DNA of 40,754 nucleotides from Octopus bimaculoides (Eukaryota): assembly GCF_001194135.2 (NCBI RefSeq), contig NC_068981.1:66865691-66906444 (forward strand), in the 5' to 3' direction. This document shows, piece after piece, positions 36,418-40,754 of this stretch. Made by a program: the position numbers and the translations under genes. The notes below the pieces were generated by a model, which saw only the letters and a list, made by a program, of their open reading frames with translations, ran no database searches and was not told the origin of the DNA. Each line of letters opens with the position of its first letter. Position 1 is the first letter of the stretch.

Positions 36418-37194
36418 TAAGATTATTTTAAAGCCCAAATTATTTATTGAAATAATCCTTTATTTCAAGTTGCATCGTGGTGCCAGGCTTTGTAAAAAAC
36501 TTTTAACTCTGTTCTACAATGATACACACACACATACACTCACATACGCACGCACACACACGTGCACACATAAATTTTATGACGTAGACATACATGTAGA
36601 ACTTGTAAAGGTACATAAAGGTAGTTGAGTGCTTCCTTCAGTTAATTCTACCGAAAGACTCTACAGTTCAAGAAGTAGTCTATTTGTACAGCGAGGTTAA
36701 TGCTTGTTATCAAACGTACACACACACAAACACACACACGCGCGCGCGCGCATACACACACATACACACACGAACACACACACGAACACGAACATACACA
36801 CATACGCACACACACACATACACACGCGCACACACACATATGAACACACCCCGCATACATTATGTATTGACGACTTTATCCACAAATACATTGTTTAAGA
36901 ACTTTAGTTAACTATCCACCACCAATGAGTGTCCTGGAACAGCAATGAACAAATGCAGTACCTGATGTTCATCGCATTCTCTCTTCTCTCTGTCTCTCGC
37001 AGCACACACACACACACATACACATACACACACACGCACACACACACATGCATACATACGCATGCGTTCCAGTTTCATCTCCTTTTCAGATTTTCGTATG
37101 GTTTTCTTATATTTTATTTGGAACAAAAAATTCTTGAAAATCAACCATTAACATTTCTAGACCTTCTCAGACTCATCTTCAGGATGAAGTAATG

Positions 37195-37400
37195 TTAGCG
37201 TGAGCAGGCATGCCGGACAACATACTTAGCGGCATTTGGCTTGTCTTTATTTTCTGAGTACAAATTCTGCCGAAGTCTTTTTTTGTTGTTTGCTATTTTG
37301 GTGTCGATGAAATCAGTACCAGTTGAACACTGGGGTTGATGTAATCCACTAGTTCTCTCCCACCCAAATTGCAGGCGTTGTGCCTATAGAAGAAAGAATT
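37195..37400 (+). mobile_element. SINE
   Basis: CATACTTAGCGGCATTT...TTCTGAGTACAAATTCTGCCGAAGTC...GGTGTCGATGAAATCAGTACCAGTT...GTTGTGCCTATAGAAGAAAG. Confidence 0.7.
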
Positions 37401-37699
37401 AGAAGTCATTTATCAAGCGGGAATGTTAAACTGTGTGATGCATATTTTCCTATGTATTTATCTTAGCACTGCGTTGTGTCATGAGCATTGCTTTCATCAT
37501 TAAATGTCTACCTGTGAAGTGGATTCTGTAAAATATAAATGTATTGGTAACTAAATCTTTTCGATTTAGTTTTGTTTTATGTCGTATGTATTGCAGTTCC
37601 TCTTTGTAAGCGCATTATAAGCCAGTGAGGGAATGTTCTACTAGTTCCGAAGTAGAAGCGTTAGGCAGTGAGATGTATAAATGCAATGTTACTACTAGT

Positions 37700-38900
37700 T
37701 CAAATATGCTTGTGGTGTAAATGGTGTAAATGCTGCATCTCACAGTCTGGAAAGGGAGCGCTGTGAACTGATCTAGGTGTATTTATACTATTGTCAACAG
37801 TGAGAATTTTTTTCTATGACAAAACACAATGAATGGCTTGTTTATTAGTCCAAACGTGCCACAAGCATATTTGAACTGGTCGTGACACTGCATTTGTTCT
37901 ATTAGTATTGGCATAAAAGTCAGGGAATCATGAAAGTTACAACTGAATTTGTAAATCACGTTGGTCATTAATGACTTGTCCATGACATTAGGTGTTTGTG
38001 GATTAGAGTTGAAAATTAACTAGTTTATTACTAGTTAATTCATCGTTCGCGGTAATGCATTTGTTATTCCATATTTAGCATGAATGCACTTTATGGGTGG
38101 TTCATGAAATTTTAATAAACGTGTATATGATGTATTTGTTACGGTGTATTTCCTGCTCTGTTAATTTGTCAGAATATCCTGTACTTAATACCTTTTGTTC
38201 TATTCTGAGACTTTCTTCATCTAGAGCATCGTTTGTTGAGAAGAATCAATATATGTTTTAAATAAGGATTTTGCCATTGACATTTTATATCTGTATGGAT
38301 GTTCTTTACCTCCATAAAAAGTAGATGCGTAGATGCATCTCTCTCCCCCCTCTCCTCCCCTCCCCCTCCCCCTCTATATATATATTGTGAAAATAGAAGT
38401 GATATATTGTTTTCTGTCTGAAGGTTTATATATGGTACTATATTTGTATTATTCTGTTGAAAATTTTGTACAAAGTTATTTTCTAAATCTTTACTTTCTC
38501 GACATCTTCTGCTGGTGTTCATTACGGTGTCCAAATACCTGATGCATATTGTTTGGTTTTCTTACTACCACATCATTTTCTCATGGGGCTACGTAGAACG
38601 CTGTAAATGTAGTGTTTTAAATGAAAAACCATAACTACACTAACTGTTTAAATAATTTGACTGTAAACAACGAAACAATACTTCTGCCACACAGTACACT
38701 TATAAGTTGTTGGTATGTGGGGAGTTTTACCTTTAGGTGGTTGTGTAAACGACTTAATACAGTTTCTTTTTGCTCTGATAAAATAAATATCCTCTACGTT
38801 CGTTCTACGTTATGTGGTCATATCCCGCCTTGTTTAACATTGTCTCTGAATTCTTCGGACTCGATAAAACTACAAAAGAAGCACTCGTAACATAATGGGG
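37700..38900 (-). mobile_element. Degenerate Penelope-like fragment (RT C-terminus through GIY-YIG start)
   Basis: Minus strand: DIYFIR...PHTNNL (~LDV.I.R...YRKPTHT), NIVPYI (~LPY), KSLMTNVIYKFSC (~S.VVYKF.C). Confidence 0.4.
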
Positions 38901-39935
38901 CCTATTAAATTGACACTATTACCGTCCTTTCAAAAACAAGCCTTCTGTCTAAAGAAAAAAAATATTGATAGTCTTTAGTTGATTGTTTGGTGTTTAAAAG
39001 CATTTTAAATGGTATATCTTACACGTATAATAAATATTTATCCATTTAATTCCACTCTCTTAACTTTTATTTTAACAACTCTTTTATCTCTATATTTCTC
39101 TTCCGTTTTCCAACTGTTTCTCTCTTTACTTTCTTATCACATCTATATTACTATTCCTATACCCACTTTAAAAAAAGAAAAAGAAAAAAAAAAAAGAAAA
39201 ATAGAAAAAATAGAAACCAAAATTTATTTTAAAATTGATCCGCTGAGATTTAGATATTTACAAACTGATATTGCTCTGTCTATCGCCTACTGTTTCTTAG
39301 CTATGATATCAGGTAGATTCCGCCTTATTTATTCCTACATTTAGTTATTTATATCTTCCGTTAGTGTGAATAGAAAATATATAACAGAGTATAGTAACTT
39401 TGTCATTTACTTTGCTTATTGTTTTGAATTTAGTGTGTTTATGTCTTCGATTCTCTATATCGATCTTGTATTTTTAGATACTCTCGTGTTTAAAGTTGCC
39501 AATCCTGTCATATCTATTTATGTGTATTCGGTCTTACCTAAGATTAAGACAGCTAGTGACAGAGAAAATTTGCCGAGGCGTCTCTTTACCATCACTGAAT
39601 ATTTTGTACAGCTGCCTTAATTTATTTTTCGAATAAAAGTCAACTTGATATGGTAAAATTCTTGGCAAACCAATCCTGCTGTTGTTTTTAGTAATGGAAT
39701 GTTGCACAAAGCTTCATTCACCTTCTACAGTAATTCCACAACAAACACGAACATTGTTAACTGTATAAAAGTAAATTAACGCACAAGTAAATATATAGAT
39801 ACACACAGACACAGACACACACACACACGTACAAACACACGCAAACAAACACACACACAAACAGACAGACAAACAAACAGCCAGACAGACAGACGGACAC
39901 ACACACACGCACGCACGCATATATATATACACACA

Positions 39936-40152
39936 CGAGGGAGTACTGAAAAGTTTCTGGCTGTAAGGGTATTGCGAAATTTCTGGCTGGAGGCCCAACT
40001 TTCCGAGTTCTTTTACAGGGCTTAGAAAAACTGAAGGACCGCGGCAATAAGTGCATGAATTTGAGAGCGGAATATGTTGAATAAAATCATAATTAACTGA
40101 TCTTCCTGTATTTTCTTTTACCCAAACCCAGGAACTTTTCAGCACCCCCTTG
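39936..40152 (-). mobile_element. Complete mariner-derived MITE (about 217 bp)
   Basis: TIRs CGAGGGAGTACTGAAAAGTTTCTGG and CCAGGAACTTTTCAGCACCCCCTTG, with TA at the right flank. The internal plus-strand segment AAACTGAAGGACCGC...GAATATGTTGAATAA resembles a mariner C-terminus (KL..R..KC...G.YVE*). The strand shown is relative to the 35158 copy. Confidence 0.85.
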
Positions 40153-40162
40153 TATTGCACCC

Positions 40163-40686
40163 TAAAAAGTTAGTGGTCACTGTATGGTGGTCTGCGAAAA
40201 GAGTTATTCATCATTCATTTTTGCAACAAGGAAAAACAGTAACAGCAACATTGTATTGCCAGGAAATTGATTTTTATGCATGAGAATTTGAAAAAGAAGC
40301 AACTCATACTAGTGAATAGAGATGACGCAATTTTGCTCCACGACAATGCACGTCCTCACACTCCTTAAGCTACGGTCCAAAAGTTGCAAAGCCTGAATTA
40401 TGAGAGTTTGCAACATCCTCCCTATTACTCTGATATCTCTCCTACTGATCATCACTCATTTAAGCATTTTGAGCTTTTTATAAGCAATAAAACATTTTTA
40501 AATAGAGAAGAGGTAATTGAAGCATTCGGACAATTTATCACAGCAAAAGATGAATCTTTTTTTAAAGATGGGTAAACGTCATAAATGAATGTGGATCATA
40601 CTTTGATTAAATAAATCAGTTCTCTAACACGCCTGAAACATATTATTACATTTCAAATACGACATTTCATGTGAAATAACCTAATA
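40163..40686 (+). mobile_element. Mariner transposase C-terminal fragment with 3' end
   Basis: KKLVVTVWWS...LLHDNARPHT...LQHPPYYSDISPTDHHSFKH...DESFFKDG carries the 2nd and 3rd catalytic Asp motifs of mariner. It ends ACCTAATA, which resembles a mariner terminus. Confidence 0.92.
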
Positions 40687-40754
40687 CTTATTCTGTCGGA
40701 TTTTCTTTTTGCCGAATCGCTAAGTTACGCCGACGTAAACACACCAAAACCGGT

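Noticed and set aside
1-40754. CRISPR array, prokaryotic operon or defence system
   Set aside because: There are no regularly spaced repeat-spacer units and no gene-dense regions. The sequence is eukaryotic repetitive DNA.

Overview
This is AT-rich eukaryotic DNA from a fragmented draft assembly: about a dozen N-gaps and very dense (CA)n, (TA)n, (TACA)n and trinucleotide microsatellites. It is not prokaryotic; there are no operons, rRNA, CRISPR or intact genes. The recurring SINE sequences look like those I recall from Octopus (coleoid cephalopod) genomes, but that assignment is from memory and not verified. The window reads as an intron or intergenic transposon graveyard. It holds a hAT transposase remnant with a TIR, at least five Penelope-like (PLE) fragments, three restriction-like-endonuclease (R4/Dong-type) LINE fragments next to trinucleotide microsatellites, RTE, L1/Tx1 and CR1-like LINE fossils, mariner remnants and MITEs, and many tRNA-derived SINEs. 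Almost every ORF in the supplied track is an artefact of N-runs or microsatellites, or a piece of a TE. The best signal is an apparently intact type I hammerhead ribozyme at 20137-20224 (+), with several decayed relatives elsewhere. Hammerheads are a known feature of PLE terminal repeats. I found no convincing undescribed biological system. All family calls come from motif recognition by eye, and element boundaries are approximate.
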